The notes beneath the pieces were generated by a model. It had not been told where the DNA came from. It saw nothing but the letters and a program-made list of their open reading frames with translations, and made no database searches. Of a stretch of 64,000 bases of DNA, positions 1 to 15,427 are shown piece after piece. Each line of letters opens with the position of its first letter. The stretch's first letter is position 1. The DNA is taken from positions 71,114,001 through 71,178,000 of the forward strand of contig CM060731.1 in the NCBI GenBank assembly GCA_030704615.1, read 5' to 3'. Origin of the DNA: Takakia lepidozioides. Lineage: Eukaryota > Plantae > Bryophyta. The translations under genes and the position numbers were made by a program.

Positions 1-110
1 CCACAGGCCACAGGCCACAGTCTGTCACAGCCCCTCATAGCCCGTCACAGCCCCACAGGCCACAGGGCACAGCCTGTCACAGCCCGCCACAGCCCCTCAC
101 AGCCCCATCC
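1..110. repeat. CACAGCC-type degenerate minisatellite, running off the window start
   Basis: Tandem cacagcc/cacaggc/gtcacagcc units. Same motif class as the tracts inside the LTRs at 55,870-56,370 and 62,805-63,065. Confidence 0.7.
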
Positions 111-557
111 ATGGCCACTCATGGCAGTTCAGCCATTTCTCCAAGGGGTTTAGCCACGCCAAGCTAGGGTTTGTGTCTCTTGGACTCTAGGCTTCTTTGC
201 ACCGAACTATGGCGGCTGTGAAGAAATCAGCAAGATATTCTTGCTCTTTCGGCTCCCACACACCACCAATAGTAGCCCTAAGCCATGAGGAAGATGGTTG
301 CCACAAACCAAGCCTTCTTTCTCACTTAGACTCCCCAAACACGCCACTAAACTCAATGGCAAACAACCAAGCCTTGCTGGTTTCCAGCCCTTGTGAGCAC
401 TCATTCAAGCGTTTTCCTTGGCCATATCATCTGTTTTAGAGCCTATTCCAGCCCCCTACATCTGCCACTTCAAGAGCCATGCTCTATCTAGGCTTGAGGT
501 TGAAACCCCAACTAAGAACACGCTCTACAAGTGTCGGACTGTCACATAAGAGCAGAT

Positions 558-815
558 CAGCCCCTTACCTTCTCTTCTAGTTCTCTGAAGCTTGAAAACA
601 AAAGCCCAATGGACTGAAGGCATGTTCCACACATGCCCCACTCTCACCACAAGAGAATCAGCCCCTTTGCTTCCTTTCTTGCACCCACCAACCTAAAAAT
701 ACAAGCTTCAGCGGGTTGGAAGCATACTCCACACATGCCCTACAGGGAAACCAGCCCCTTCTTTCCTTTCTTGCACTCCCAAACTTAAAAATTCAGCTTG
801 GATGGAACGATACAA
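558..815 (+). repeat. Three diverged ~95-bp tandem repeats, probably TE-derived
   Basis: Units beginning cagcccctt at ~558, ~659 and ~752; the first two share ccacacatgccc. Confidence 0.5.
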
Positions 816-2620
816 AAATTGCACCGCCGGGTCATGTGGTGCACTGTAAAGTTTTAAGGGCAAGGGTCTCCATACTTTTATAGGTATGATTGGGTACTAT
901 TTGAAAAATATTGACAAACCTGAATTTCAGTTTGTGCACCCCAATGTCAGTTCCGAACAGATATAACATGGATTGGATAAATACATCAAATATGGTTCTT
1001 CATCCATCAAAAATCGAGTCAGTTTGACACACCATAACACGTTGGAACGCGCATATATGTGGTCGAAGCACAAAATGAGAATACACCATAGTACCGCATT
1101 GCCAAGTATATTGTTTAGTATGTTAAAATCTAGTCAATTATATCCTACAGCGTCTTGGGTGGTTCCATTTAAGAACAGTGGAATGGATTGTAACAGAGCC
1201 GAATCTATTTGGAAAGCCATGGTCAACTGCATCCTCTGCAAATGGTTGATGTCGCACATATTTTCTTTGAATTTGGAACACCTAATTCGCGTCTTCGTGA
1301 GTTGTATTGTGCTCAGGTGCAGACAAAGCTATTCCTCTGCCAGAATTCTCTCATTCTACAGCTTCAACACACATTCGTCTTACTCTGATGGACACGTTAT
1401 TTGCCAAACAGATTTGGTACATTCTGGTCCCTCCTCAAAGCCGCCACAACAAGCATACATTTTACATATATGCTTCAGTATTGTACAATATAGCTGTATT
1501 CTGTTGTATTTCTTGTATGGGTCATGGTGTACAAAGCATCATCAAATAGCCCTCCTTCACTCTTCTTAGATGGACATAACCTTACCTTCTCGAAACTGTT
1601 GTCCCTGGAGCTATACAAGAGAGTAACAACTAATACATTCAGATAACTACATATTGAGCCTATGAAGCCTTCCAGAAGAGAGATCCTGTTAGGGAGTTTA
1701 GGCGTAAGTTATATGGTCTCAATGGTGGAGATACACAATAGATAACTAGTTAAGCACTACCCTCTTTCACAAGATAATTACACAATGACACTCATGCATT
1801 AAAAGTTCCAATACTAGCAGATTAAATCATGGAGGACTCACTCTTTGAAAGTAAATAGAAGATATGCAGAGTGTAAAGAAGAAGCGAGTATTTTGAGTAC
1901 TCTAGTATATTCAGTCAATGTGCACACATGCAGGCGATGAACCAAAATACAAATCAAACTTGCATTGGTGAACAACCAGTGGCGCATCCATTCAACCCTT
2001 ATGGCTTTGCGTATCTAGAGCCTTCCACCATGTTGGACAATTGGGCAGCACAACAAAACTCTACAAGCTGGAGACTCGGATCTAATCACCAGAATTAATC
2101 CCCTTTACATTAATCATCTAATCTTTGTCAATGCAATCATTAGGTTACGCAACATCTGATCATTGTCAACAGTGAAATTAGGTGATGCAAGAAGTCCATC
2201 TATGAAATTCCCCCACAAATGTTGATATAAACAGGCAGCATGGATGCATACGCACAAACCATTACCATATACTATGTGGGAGCAGAAAAAAAAGCAAAAG
2301 GTTAAGCCTCCGTGTGCATTAGGACAGTTAATCTCAAAAACGAAGAAGGCCACTGGAGATCAAGATGAACAACATTCAATAACCTTGCCACTGCTCCATC
2401 AAAAATGCTTGTGCAAAGGAGACATCTATCCCCTTAAAACATTACTCCAATGATCTCATTCATCTGCTAATAGCAGGAAATTTTCCATCAGCAAAAATGG
2501 CTGCGGCGATGCCACCAACCCTCAAAGGCAGCAGGACAAAAAAGAAAGAGTGACTCCAACCATATGTCAGAGAAACCAGCAACTCATATCCACTCCAAAA
2601 AGGAGGCCAGGAGTCAAAAC

Positions 2621-4237
<1,617 letters not shown>

Positions 4238-6945
4238 GGCAACCTCTCCCAAAAACCTCACAGTATACGAACCTGTCAACCAGCAAAGTGAATGCAGAGG
4301 TCCGCAGCCTGCTTGCTCAGAGAGAGCCCGTCATGAAGACCTCCGCCCACGACGTTTTGCTTAGAGCCTGTTTGACTGAACACTTAGCACCCACTTTCCT
4401 TGCTGACTTTCCTGTGACCTCAGCCCTCCAGGACCGCTGAAGACTCCTTGTTTTCCACGAGTTGCCGCGGCAGATGATGTGAGAAAGGTGGCCCCACACC
4501 GAGTATTTTGATCGCATTACCCATTTCACATCCTGGAAACATGTCAATCAATTCCAGCGATGGGAGGCCTTGGATCCATTTTTGGGACGTGGCACGCCCT
4601 CACAATATATTCCATTGGAAAGTGGACACTCGAAGCGTAGCAATTTTGCTTACCTACCAGTTGCTGAAAACTGGTCGAGACTAGAGACTATTGGCATAAC
4701 ATATGTAAGTAGAATGCTGTCACAGAAGTTCAAACCAGTAGCACCCATCATCCCCACATGACGAAGTGCAAGGTAATCATAGAGTTTGTATGCAATGAAA
4801 CCATGGAACAGATTGAGTGAATCAAAGAAGGTACAATGCCCAGAACTTGTGTGCTGTGGAGTAGCCTTTCTACGTACTCGAAAGTGATGACAGGAGGGAT
4901 CAGGCAAGTGGGGCGGCCAAATCGCATTAGCGTTTAGGCACTACATGGCTTTGCCTAACTGGAAGTTCTGAAAAGCATATTCCTTGGAGTTCATATGTTC
5001 GCTCAATGACATGAACAGAAAGATTGTCCTGCAATGGCTTTGCGTCAAGGTGTGGAGAATCGTCGTTGTTGTAGACCTTCAGCACTGTGTTCGGGAGCTC
5101 TTTCTTGTGAGAATCCCTCTCTCCCTCCTAGGTTCTGATGTCTGTAGTCCTCAGTTGCACTACATTCGATGGCGAAGTCTTGAAAGCAATGAGAATTTGC
5201 AACCCACAGAAGCATGCAGCCGATGGAGCTGTAGAGTAATTGAATCGCAAGGAAACGCGGTACCCAAGCCATGCCTTCTATATCACCACATCGAGAGGGG
5301 CGCCTGACATCGTGGAGCAGATTAAATGGGCAGGATGTGGAGCGCCAAGGGACATCCACCTTGGCAATGCTGGGCTCAAGGTCCTTGCAAGGCGTCGCTA
5401 TGGCCTCTCCGAAACTTTTGGTGGAATTCAGAGAAGGTATGGGCATGGAACTCCGTGCGTATAGTTGTGGTCTGTAAATTATCTAGCTCCAAACTGCCCT
5501 TGACCCATACCAGCAGAAATTACACCCATTCCGCTCAAAGAATATCATAGCTGATCAAACAACTGTAAAGGAAGATGAGCATGGCCGACAGCCATGTCAT
5601 CCCATTCGGTCTTCAGTGTTTTCAGAAACCTCCGCTATATTTCGGAATGTGTGCCCTCTCAGAGGGGGAAAGTTAGTTGGCATGGCTCAGTCCTCGTGAG
5701 ATACCTGTTGTGTGGGACCTGCCCATCAGGGTTTCCTCTCAGGATGAACTTGAGACCTTTGGCACATAGCCAAGGAAAATTCCGCTTTCAATATCACGAG
5801 GTGCAAGCATTGTCAGGTAGGTCGTGTAGCCTTTGATTTTTGGTAGTCCAGATTCTGGTGGGAGTTGACAGGTTAAGTTTGGTCCAAAAAGGGCTGTGGT
5901 CCATGTTGGTGTGACCCAAATCTCCTGCTACTCTGAGGTGCAGCTCATACCACCTCCCTGACTGCTTCTTGGGTGCTTCCCATCCTTGATTGTCTCTTCA
6001 CTCAACTGTCAGATTTTGGAGAGTGGATGTCCCTTGGAACCGACAGGATGAAGGGTGTCCCAGTCCACCACACGCCATTTCATTGACACTGAAACTTTCT
6101 GATTCTGAAGTATGTTTGTCTCTTTTGCAAGAGAAACATTGGAAATCAACTTGCAGAATCGCTTACTGCAACTACCAGTACTCTTCAATAATGAAACTGG
6201 AAACAGTTCTCATGTTTTTGCAGTTTCTGGCACACAGATGGAGCAATCAAGCACACAACAGCTCTGGCAGGAGTTCTTCCCAGATCCCTCACCTCGGTGG
6301 GATAAAAGGTTTGTGAAGGTGGGGCAATCTTTACCTAGGATGTGAGTCATTGACTGCAGCTAGCAGGAGAATTTTGTGGACCCAGATTGTTAGTATATGC
6401 TCTTTGTTCTGAATAGGTGAAAAGCTTTTTACCTGTGATATCAGTAGGTTGTTTTTCTTTGTAGAGTAGGTCTTTTGTTCCTTATTGTATGAGCTTGGGT
6501 TGTTGTGACCCATCTACACAGGGCTGTGGGTTGAAGCTATGGCATACTGCTGCCTTTTGCAGATAAATCCAAGATCACCAGACACTAGAGAATATCACAC
6601 TAAGGAGGTTCTTTGGATTGAAAGTTTGAAGCCTCCTGCTTTGAGAGCAGTCGAAGCTCCCATGACCAAAGGTCTAGGACACTCTGATGATGGTTCTACT
6701 ACTGGTGTGCTTCATGGAGCTCCAACCCGAGAGTACAATGGGTATTACTCTGCCGACTACTGCAACTAACTGACTAACTAATTATGCAACCAAGAAAAAC
6801 CCAGTTGCTGGAGTGTTCTATCCATGTACATTAGTCTGATTTCTGTTGTCATGAAGAGATGTATGTAGGCATTGAGATTAGTACTCTGTGAATGTAAGAG
6901 TATCAAGTTTTGATAGCTCATAACTAACGTCCCGAGTTACACAGG

Positions 6946-8955
6946 ATGGCAGGGTTGAATCCCACAAAATTGTTTGTTGGATGTCAAACTGCTGCTACTG
7001 CTTTTCATAGTGGGCCAAGAGAAAGAGTCAACAAGACATCCGCTCGCACACATGGGGAAGTGAGGTCAGTGTGTAAGGAGGGACGACTGAAAGAGGCACT
7101 GCACATTTTGAACCAATCAGACATTCAAGGAGACTCCAATACTTATGTCTGTCTCTTGCAGGGATGCATCAACATGAAAGCCCTAGAAGAGGGGAAGCAG
7201 GTGCACACCCACATTATCCAAAGTGGATTCAGGCCAAGTATCTTTCTAGACAACACCCTTATCAACATGTATAGCAAGTGTGGGAGTGTGATCGAGGCAC
7301 GCCAAGTGTTTGACAAAATGCCTGATCGAGATATGTTTACATGGAGTATGATGATTGAGGGATATGCTAAGCATGGACATGCTGAAAAGGCTTTCCAAAT
7401 CTATGAACAAATGCAAGGGGAAGAGGTGACACCCGACAGGGTCATATTCACTTGCGTCCTCAATGTGTGCGCTAGGTTAGCATCCCTGGAAAGAGGCCAG
7501 AGGGTCCACAGTGACATGATTAAAACTGGAATTGCGTCAGATATTACTTTGGAGACTGCCCTTGTTGACATGTATGCCAAATGTGGGAGTGTAACGGATG
7601 CACGGCAAGTGTTTGATAAAATGGCAAAACGAAATGTGGTCACATGGAATGCTATGATCACAGGGTATGTCAAATGTGGGAACCTAAAGGATGCATACCA
7701 AGTGTTCGACATAATGCCTGAACAAGATGTGGTCTCATGGAACACCCTGGTTGCAGGGTACGCCCAGCAAGGGCATGGTGAAAAAGCTCTCCAAATGTAC
7801 AAGCAGATGAAACGGGAAGGGCCGATGCCTGACATGGTTACATTTATTGGCGTTCTCAATGCATGTTCCAGCCTGGGAGCCCTGGAAAAGGGTAAGCAAG
7901 TCCATGCTGACATCCTCAAAGCTGGAATTGGTTCATATGTTAATCTGGACACCAGCCTTGTTGACATGTATGCCAAATGCGGGAGCCTAAAAGATGCGCG
8001 TCACATGTTCAACAAAATGGGTGAGCGAAATGTGGTCTCATGGAATGCCATGATTGCAGGCTATGCCCAGCATGGCCATTGCAAAGAGGCTTTCCAAGTC
8101 TTTAAGCAAATGCAAAAGGAAGGTGTGAAGCCTGATGGTACCACCTTTAAGTCTCTTCTCTTTGCCTGTAGCCATGTAGGCCTAGTGGATGAAGGCCGTC
8201 ATTTCTTTAATTCCATGATTCACGAACATGGCCTCACACCTACAGTGGAGCATTGTGGTTGCCTGGTAGATCTTCTTGGCCGTGCAGGGTACCTGGCTGA
8301 GGCAGAGGACTTCATTACGAAAATGCCAATCAAACCAGATGCCACAGTGTGGCGGGCCTTGCTTGGTGCTTGCAGAATCTATAGTGATGTGGCGCTAGCA
8401 GAACGTGCCGCGAATTGGATTATCAAGTTGGATCCACAGCATGCTGCAGCTTATGTGCTCCTATCAAACATATATGCTACTGCTGGCAGGTGGGATGATA
8501 AAGCAAAGATGAGGAAAATGATGGAAAACAGAGGGGTGAGAAAGGAGCCAGGGTGCAGCTGCATTGAGGTCAACAATCGGGTGCATACATTTGTTGTAGA
8601 AGACAACCTACATCCTCAAATGGAGGAAATCCATGCTGAACTGAAGAGATTGTCTAGACAGATGAAGGATGCCGGCTATTTGCCTGATATGCGTTTTGTA
8701 TTGCATGATGTGGAGGAGGAGCAAAAGGAGTTTTCTCTTTGCCACCACAGTGAGAAGCTGGCCATTGCTTTTGGGCTCATCAGCACACCCCCTGGCACGC
8801 CTATCCGCATCATTAAGAACCTTCGTGTGTGTGGTGACTGCCACAGTGCCACCAAGTTCATTTCGAAAATTGTTGCACGAGCAGTTGTTGTACGGGATGC
8901 CAACCGCTTTCACCACTTTCAGGATGGGCTTTGTTCGTGTGGGGATTATTGGTGA
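6946..8955 (+). CDS. PLS-class PPR protein with E and DYW deaminase domains (organellar C-to-U RNA editing factor); probably has extra 5' exons
   Basis: Repeated P/L/S motifs ([20 protein letters not shown]), PG box (KEPGCSCI), HSEKLA, CGDCH and terminal DYW in one 669-aa ORF. Confidence 0.96.
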   Translation: MAGLNPTKLFVGCQTAATAFHSGPRERVNKTSARTHGEVRSVCKEGRLKEALHILNQSDIQGDSNTYVCLLQGCINMKALEEGKQVHTHIIQSGFRPSIFLDNTLINMYSKCGSVIEARQVFDKMPDRDMFTWSMMIEGYAKHGHAEKAFQIYEQMQGEEVTPDRVIFTCVLNVCARLASLERGQRVHSDMIKTGIASDITLETALVDMYAKCGSVTDARQVFDKMAKRNVVTWNAMITGYVKCGNLKDAYQVFDIMPEQDVVSWNTLVAGYAQQGHGEKALQMYKQMKREGPMPDMVTFIGVLNACSSLGALEKGKQVHADILKAGIGSYVNLDTSLVDMYAKCGSLKDARHMFNKMGERNVVSWNAMIAGYAQHGHCKEAFQVFKQMQKEGVKPDGTTFKSLLFACSHVGLVDEGRHFFNSMIHEHGLTPTVEHCGCLVDLLGRAGYLAEAEDFITKMPIKPDATVWRALLGACRIYSDVALAERAANWIIKLDPQHAAAYVLLSNIYATAGRWDDKAKMRKMMENRGVRKEPGCSCIEVNNRVHTFVVEDNLHPQMEEIHAELKRLSRQMKDAGYLPDMRFVLHDVEEEQKEFSLCHHSEKLAIAFGLISTPPGTPIRIIKNLRVCGDCHSATKFISKIVARAVVVRDANRFHHFQDGLCSCGDYW

Positions 8956-9725
8956 AACAAGCAAACATACATATAAAAAGTGTATGTCGCCACAAGCCTG
9001 TTGATATGCATTGGCGACTTGGATCCAAAATCCAATGTTTTGGGAAAACAAAATCCCAAGTATATCGATCTTTTCTAACTGAAACAGAATCTGAAGATGC
9101 AGCATGCAGTAGATTTAAAATTGATGGCACAGCATTTCCCAAAGTCAGGAAAGCTAGAGTGCTGAATTACACTTGCAATGCATGTCACTACATGTTCTTA
9201 AGAGGAAACCCTCGGAACGAAGCCAATTTTATGTAAAGATGGTTATGCGAACAACAATTGCTTAGAAAATCTGCTGAGGCTGTAACATGAGGAGACAAGA
9301 AAGATAAAAATTATTCTGTATGAGTGGACAAGATAGATAAAACATGATCACTGTGGTCCTCTGATTGTTCACAGATATTTTGGCCCTCTCCAATATCTCC
9401 CTCACTGTGATCAGCCTAAATGACAGGAGATTCTCCGTTTGTTCTCTGTCTCTCTGAGATCATCAATTTTGTATTAAGTATAAAAATGGTGTAGACGTGT
9501 AGACCTAATCTGAACTCAGTGGGAGGAATAAAAAACGTCCAGATTTCACATTGAATGTAGAGAAAAGGTGTAGTCAGTGCAATTTTTTGGCTTTGATTGA
9601 AGAAGGCAAGATCTCTCGCCCCTAACTTAGCACCGAGATGTCTGTTGGGTGGGAAGAGACCCACCAAACCTAAGAGGAATGCTTATGCGCGTCCGCGAGA
9701 AACAGAGAGAGGGACAGAGGCAGGA

Positions 9726-12700
9726 ATGACGAGAAAGCCACGTCGGGTTAACAGGGAAGACCACCGAACTCCAACATCGTCAGCTGCCACCCCGCCAACT
9801 TCTAATTTCTCCGGAAGTGATTCGCGTACGACTCCTCCCACCCCGCACAGCGGTACTCGGAGGAATGGGGGTGCAAAACTACTGGTGGAGTCTGGAAGGA
9901 AGGAGGGCTCCAGCAGTCTGGGAAAACTTAGCGACGACCAAAGCCGGCTGCCTGCCGTTAACTGCAATTGGATGCAGCTGCAAGCAGTAGGTGTGACTGT
10001 CCTCTCTTATTTTGTGGAACTCTAGAAATCCCTTGGAATGGTACTGCGAGAATTGGACATTTTTGCGTGTCCCAAAGGATCTGAACTCCTTGATCAGCCG
10101 TATTGGAGCACGAAACATTTTGAGAGGAGGGGCAATGTCCTACAGAGCTGAGGTGCACTCTTCGGAGTGTATGTGGACTAATTAGGGTTTAGGGTTTTGC
10201 AATGTGAGTGATATCGGAGCTATCTGTAGGAGGGAAGAGAGCATTTATCCATGTGGAGGATGTGAACGTCATTTTTGTGCACACTGAAACAAACATATGA
10301 AACGAGCCCTGAATAAGATATACCTTCTCTTGCCGTGTCATAGCTTACAAATCAACCTAAACCTTGACTTTGTAGCTTAGAAACTGTCTTTGTTAGATGA
10401 CGTATAATGCAGCTCACTGCGAAACCTGGTAATGGGTGGGAAGTTGTTCAACATTGGGAGCAGCAACAGTAATTGACATTCTCTGTGTTATGTCTAGACC
10501 TTAAGCAAGGGCCATGGGAGTCGTAGAGCATCTAAGAAGAAGGTCAAGCCAAATCCTCAAGCAAGTATTCATGCAAATCCATCAACAGGTAAATTTCTGG
10601 AAGATGCTCTTTGTAATATAGCTGTTCGGGACCTGTGGAGTGTGCTCTAAAAGTTCACGGTGACTTGTTTTGTTGGGCAGGAAATAGTGCCGCAGCAGGA
10701 ACTGTTACTGGGGCATCTGCATTTGTACCGTCAAGTGATGACTGCAGGTACTGAAACAGGGTTGCTTTCTAATTGAGGTTACTCTTGTAACAATCTCTCT
10801 TCTGCAAGTCGCTGAGAAAGGTTATGTATATGATGTGAGCATTAAAATGTTTGTTCCTTAACATAAAGTTTTCGCGAACCACTGCTGGCCTTCGAACACC
10901 AAGAACTCTAGCAACTTATTACTACCTGAAGGTGGCTACTTCTCAACAACCAGAGCAGTGCGTGTTTGCCATCTTTGATTCAAAGAGATTTACAATATGA
11001 AATCCAGGTGACTAGTCTGCAGTAAGACATGGCTCCTGGATGATTCAGTTCCTGCTGCTGCCAGCATTTCCTAGCACATGGGCAAATGGTTATGTTCTAA
11101 TGTTATTATTGTTTCCTTTGCTGAAAATAAAGAGAGGTCTCACGACTGACAATGGTTTGGCTGGATTAGTGTGACAAAAGTTCTGGCACTGGACTGTGAG
11201 ATGGTCGGAGTCGGGCATGAGGGCAAGAGAAGTGCTCTTGCAAGGGCCTCTTTGGTACACTTCAGGACCCTCTTACAAGCCTTGCTTGTGCATGTCTTGT
11301 TATTTCCAGACAACCTTCTTCAAACCACCATTAGGTTGACCCTTGAATGGCCCATTTGGTATCACAGCTCAAGCAGTGCACTGAATTGTTTCATCTTATC
11401 CATTATTTGGTGATGCTGAGATAGAACCAAGTTAGGAGCTGAGGGAGTGGGGTTTTAAGCGTGCAGGTGAACAGGTGGGGAAATGTGGTGTATGACAAGC
11501 ATGTTCGCCCACTGGAATTTGTCACAGATTTTCGCACTCCTGTCAGTGGAGTTCGTTCCCGTGACTTGCGGAAAGGTAACACAACCCTCCATATTTCCAC
11601 TAGTTTTTCCTTCCAGTGGGGTTCTAGAATAAGCGTATTCTGCGATGAATTGGCATGCGGTGAATCAGGTCAATCCATTGCAAGGTCAGACTTCGTGACA
11701 CTCACAATTGTGAGTCCTACCTCTGTGATGGTAATGGCTCCTCTTCTTTCATTTTTGTTCATTTTCCTCCTATTGGGCTTTTGCTTTCTCCAACCTGCAT
11801 ACGTTTGCAATGTCAGGCTTGATATTCACAAATGTAAATCCACTCACCACAATGGCACTTTCTCTTTCCTGTTGGAATATTCTCCATCTTCAAGTTCTGA
11901 TATGTAGACAACTTGTGTCCACGTCACTACCATCATTCACAAAGCAGACCCCCTGCATGAACTACACAAGAGAGGTAAGTGATGGACCATTTCAGAGGTG
12001 ATTTGACATTGATAGAGGGGAATGGTGCATGGGTTATTTACAGCGGAAGATCTATGGACTGTACAGAAAGAAGTTGCGGAGCTGCTGAAAGGGCGTATTC
12101 TCGTTGGCCATGCACTTCACAATGACCTCAAGGTTCTTCCCAGATTGCTTCTAAAGTTGAGCTGTGACCTGACTGTAATGGACTCCAGTGCAGAGGATTT
12201 GCATAAAGAAAGAGGCAAGGTTGGATGCCAAGCTGAAAATGGTGTTATATGAAGCTCTCAGTGCTGTGCTGACCTAGTGTCTTTCCCTAATGAATGAACT
12301 TCCCTGCTCTTCTTGGGATATGCATGCGCTCAGTTTTGGTTTGTGGCCTTCCAATTGTTTGTCTGGTCTCATAAACCCAGCTAGTTAAGGTGAGGGTTTG
12401 GGACAGCAGGTTTTGATGTTGAGCCATCCAAGGAAGCACATGCGCGACACACACACGTACAGGCCATTCCGCAGGTAAACATCTCTTGTTCTTCTTCAGC
12501 TTTCTTTCTGGCTGTGTTATCTTGGAGGTTTTAGGGTTGCTTTTGTGTATGAGTAGCCTACACCATGTTATGTGTCTGCTGCTAAAGAGTTTGCTTTCTT
12601 AATGTATGGATGTGGCACATTTTGCAGCAAGACTGGGCGCCCAAGAGCTCTTCGTCATTTGGCTGCTTTGTACCTGGGTCAAATTATTCAGGATGGTGAA

Positions 12701-13029
12701 CACAACTCGGTATGTTGGCTACATTCTGGGTGTGCCAGTTGAGCTAGGTTGCAGAAAATGGTATTGTGGTCTGTCAATGGCGCAAGTACACAGAGGGTGA
12801 AATGCAGTGCCAGTCAGGAGCTATGTTAATGGGTGATTTCTATTGTTTCACACCAATGCGTGTTTCTAAGAATGTATTTGTACGACTTGTGTATGTTTAG
12901 GTGGAGGATGCAAGAGCAGCTATGTTTCTCTACCAACAGTCGAAAGAGGAATGGGAGCAGTCTTTGAGACATAGGTCAACTTCAGCAGGTTTTGTGTCAG
13001 GAAGCAAGAAAGTTCAAGCTTCCAGATGA
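9726..13029 (+). CDS. REX4: RNA exonuclease 4 (DEDDh), ~9 exons (9726-9986, 10498-10588, 10681-10747, 11170-11254, 11467-11575, 12044-12132, 12410-12474, ~12627-12709, 12901-13029)
   Basis: ALDCEMVGVG, VTDFRTPVSGV, ILVGHALHNDLK, RDT, QDGEHNS/VEDARAAM and an N-terminal NWMQL motif. GT-AG junctions are in frame. Confidence 0.9.
10183..10197 (-). promoter_or_regulatory. Tandem telo-box (AAACCCTA) in REX4 intron 1
   Basis: tagggtttagggttt. Telo-boxes are typical near the 5' end of plant ribosome-biogenesis genes; function here is not shown. Confidence 0.3.
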
Positions 13030-13969
13030 CCCTTGTCTACTCTAACTTTCTGTGCCAATCCACTATAAAGCTGAAAACTAAGATGTGACTTCCAATCAAC
13101 ATGCCTCCTCTGGTGAAACAAGGGTTTCTTAAGTGAATAATGAGTTCAAGTGTTAGTGGAAAACCAAAGCTACTAATGTGAGAAAGAATGTCAGAGTTTT
13201 CACAGATGTGTCCTATGTTCAGTTCATGGTCAATGGTCAATCGTCTGTGGTATCAAGTTGTTGCGGCCGGGCCACTCTGTGCTGACAAGTGACAGGATCT
13301 GCTTCCTGCCCAAGAGAAGCTTTCAATGACTGCTAGAGCAAGGGATAATATTGTATGTTTTCCTAAAGTACAGCCTCTTCTGGCTACTTGGAATCAGTCA
13401 TCACTGCAGTCAATAAAGTAAGAGCTGCCTGGGTGGCAGATTGATCCAAAATGAACAAGAGCACCCAAAGTTACAAATGCTTGATCCCAAGCAATCCAGA
13501 ATGGGCAACAAGGAATTCCTAAAAATGAATGTCAGAATTTACAATGAATCTATATGAGAAGTACATAAGTGATACAAGACCCCCAATATGGAATCCTATT
13601 GGGCAGATGAAGTTATATCTATCACATGAAACCCTTCCTGGTCACCTCACAAACCCCATAATTAATTCTTGAGTGAGCAAATGAATGTCCCTTCCTAAAA
13701 TGCAAGGCAAATTTGATACAGCTCCACCCTAACATGCACTACACAATTGAAGTGTTTTGCTTCACCAATCTTGTGGAACTATCCTCCACTAAACCCAACC
13801 CGCACAAAAGCAGAATACCAGTAACTGCTTTTCAAGAAATGTTTGTTGGGACAGCAGTGACTCTTGGCTGTTAGTTGAAAGCACTGTCCAGACAACCCCT
13901 ATCTCTCCACCCTGCCTCACAATCAGCAGTGATGATGCTATACAACATTTTAGGAAACTACACTGAACA

Positions 13970-15427
13970 CTAATCATCATCACTGTTGTTCTGACTGCCC
14001 GACTGGAGGAAAGTTGAGAAACCCTGCCCAATAGACTTCCAGAGCCTAGCAGGGAAAGAACCTTCTGCCATAGCTTCACCATTCTTAGAAAGCAGTTCCA
14101 CAGGCACAGCAGCCGTTAGGTCTAGTGCCTTGAATCTGACAGTTCCCAACAGCCTTTCAGGTAGCTCATCTTCTGCTTGTCCTTCAATAAGAAAAGCTAG
14201 GTCAACAGTAAGAGTTGTCAGGTAACCAATAGCAAGATGGACAATAGCACTGGCCACCATCGATGATCCAATATCCACATCGACTTCCAAAAAGTTGGTC
14301 CGTTGCAAGTATCTGCGGCAATGTGACTAACAGTTAAGTTGATGAACACACCCATGCGCTCCGAGATACTTGAGTCCATCTTCAATATTTTCAAGAGTTA
14401 GAACCCTTCTCTTACACATCCTATTTCAACTATTGAAGACATTGCTTTCAGCTGTAAGGAGCGAGATTACAACTTGAGGATGCGGCACCAACACTTTATA
14501 ACAAGAGATCCCAGCCACCGACAGCGTTAGATCGCGTACCAAAATAATCAGAGTGAAGAGACCATGGGTTCTTACCTGCAAGTAAGAGCTTTGCCGAGGA
14601 TGCAGATAGCATGATCCCCAACAGCTGTTCTCACAATCCATGGCCCTTCCACAATGTTGGCAATAAGTTTCAGGCGTGTATTCCTAAATGCATCATCTCC
14701 TTTTAAGAAGCGATCAACCAGAGAGCCCTCTGGGAATTGTTTATATGTTACAAAGTAGGCAATTGCACTGAAGTGATCCTTGCTGGGAACCTGCAACACC
14801 ACATCCTCCTTTCAAGATGGTTGGCAGAAAGACCTGACATGAACAGGGCAACAAGCCGGTTCTTTCCTGCAAATAAACTGGTTGATTGTCCAAAAGAAAA
14901 GTCCTCCCATGGAAATCACAGACAATAGGCCCTGCCATAACTACAATGAACTCGTGGCTCTGCGTGCTGCTTGGACCTCCTACTAGTAACCGAAACTGCA
15001 AACCAGTGTTTTGCTCAGGGGAATGACACCCAAAAAAATTCATCAGAAGTAGATCAATAAAAGAAACGCTTACCTGCAAATTGAATGCCCAAACAAATGG
15101 CTGCAATTGGGCACCCTCGCTTGCACCATCTAAAGCTGTCCTTACGCGGCTGTTTGGATACTCCAAGACGTTATCAATCCTGGATCCGCCTTTCAACCAC
15201 TCAAAAGCAAGCGGTTTCAATAGACAGTCACCTGCAGGAATTTTGGTTTTGTTGATTAAATAATCAGGCCCTCTAACGCAAAAGAAATCCCCTGGAGGTG
15301 ACGACCAGCCCACGGCCACCCCATTGAGATCGACCAGAGCCACCGAGCTACCGTTCTTGAGCTGTTTCACCCACTCTGCCTCCTCTGATTCCTCTTCACC
15401 TTGTGGGTTGCTCGTACTCTGTTCCAT
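13970..15427 (-). CDS. EDR2-like C-terminal domain protein (DUF1336), 3 exons (15427-15074, 14790-14576, 14312-13970)
   Basis: GWSSPPGDFFCVRGPDYL, NLQVP, FRNTRLKLIANIVEGPWIVR, FLEVDVDIGSS, DLAFLIEGQAEDELPERLLG. The start codon is uncertain. Confidence 0.88.

Noticed and set aside
973-2453. 198-aa ORF and neighbouring ORFs
   Set aside because: No recognisable motifs and non-ATG starts; probably decayed TE or intergenic DNA.
7401-9236. Antisense or overlapping ORFs on the PPR gene, and similar shadows over TnpD and the ParB-MTase gene
   Set aside because: Shadow frames of genuine coding sequence with no independent motifs.
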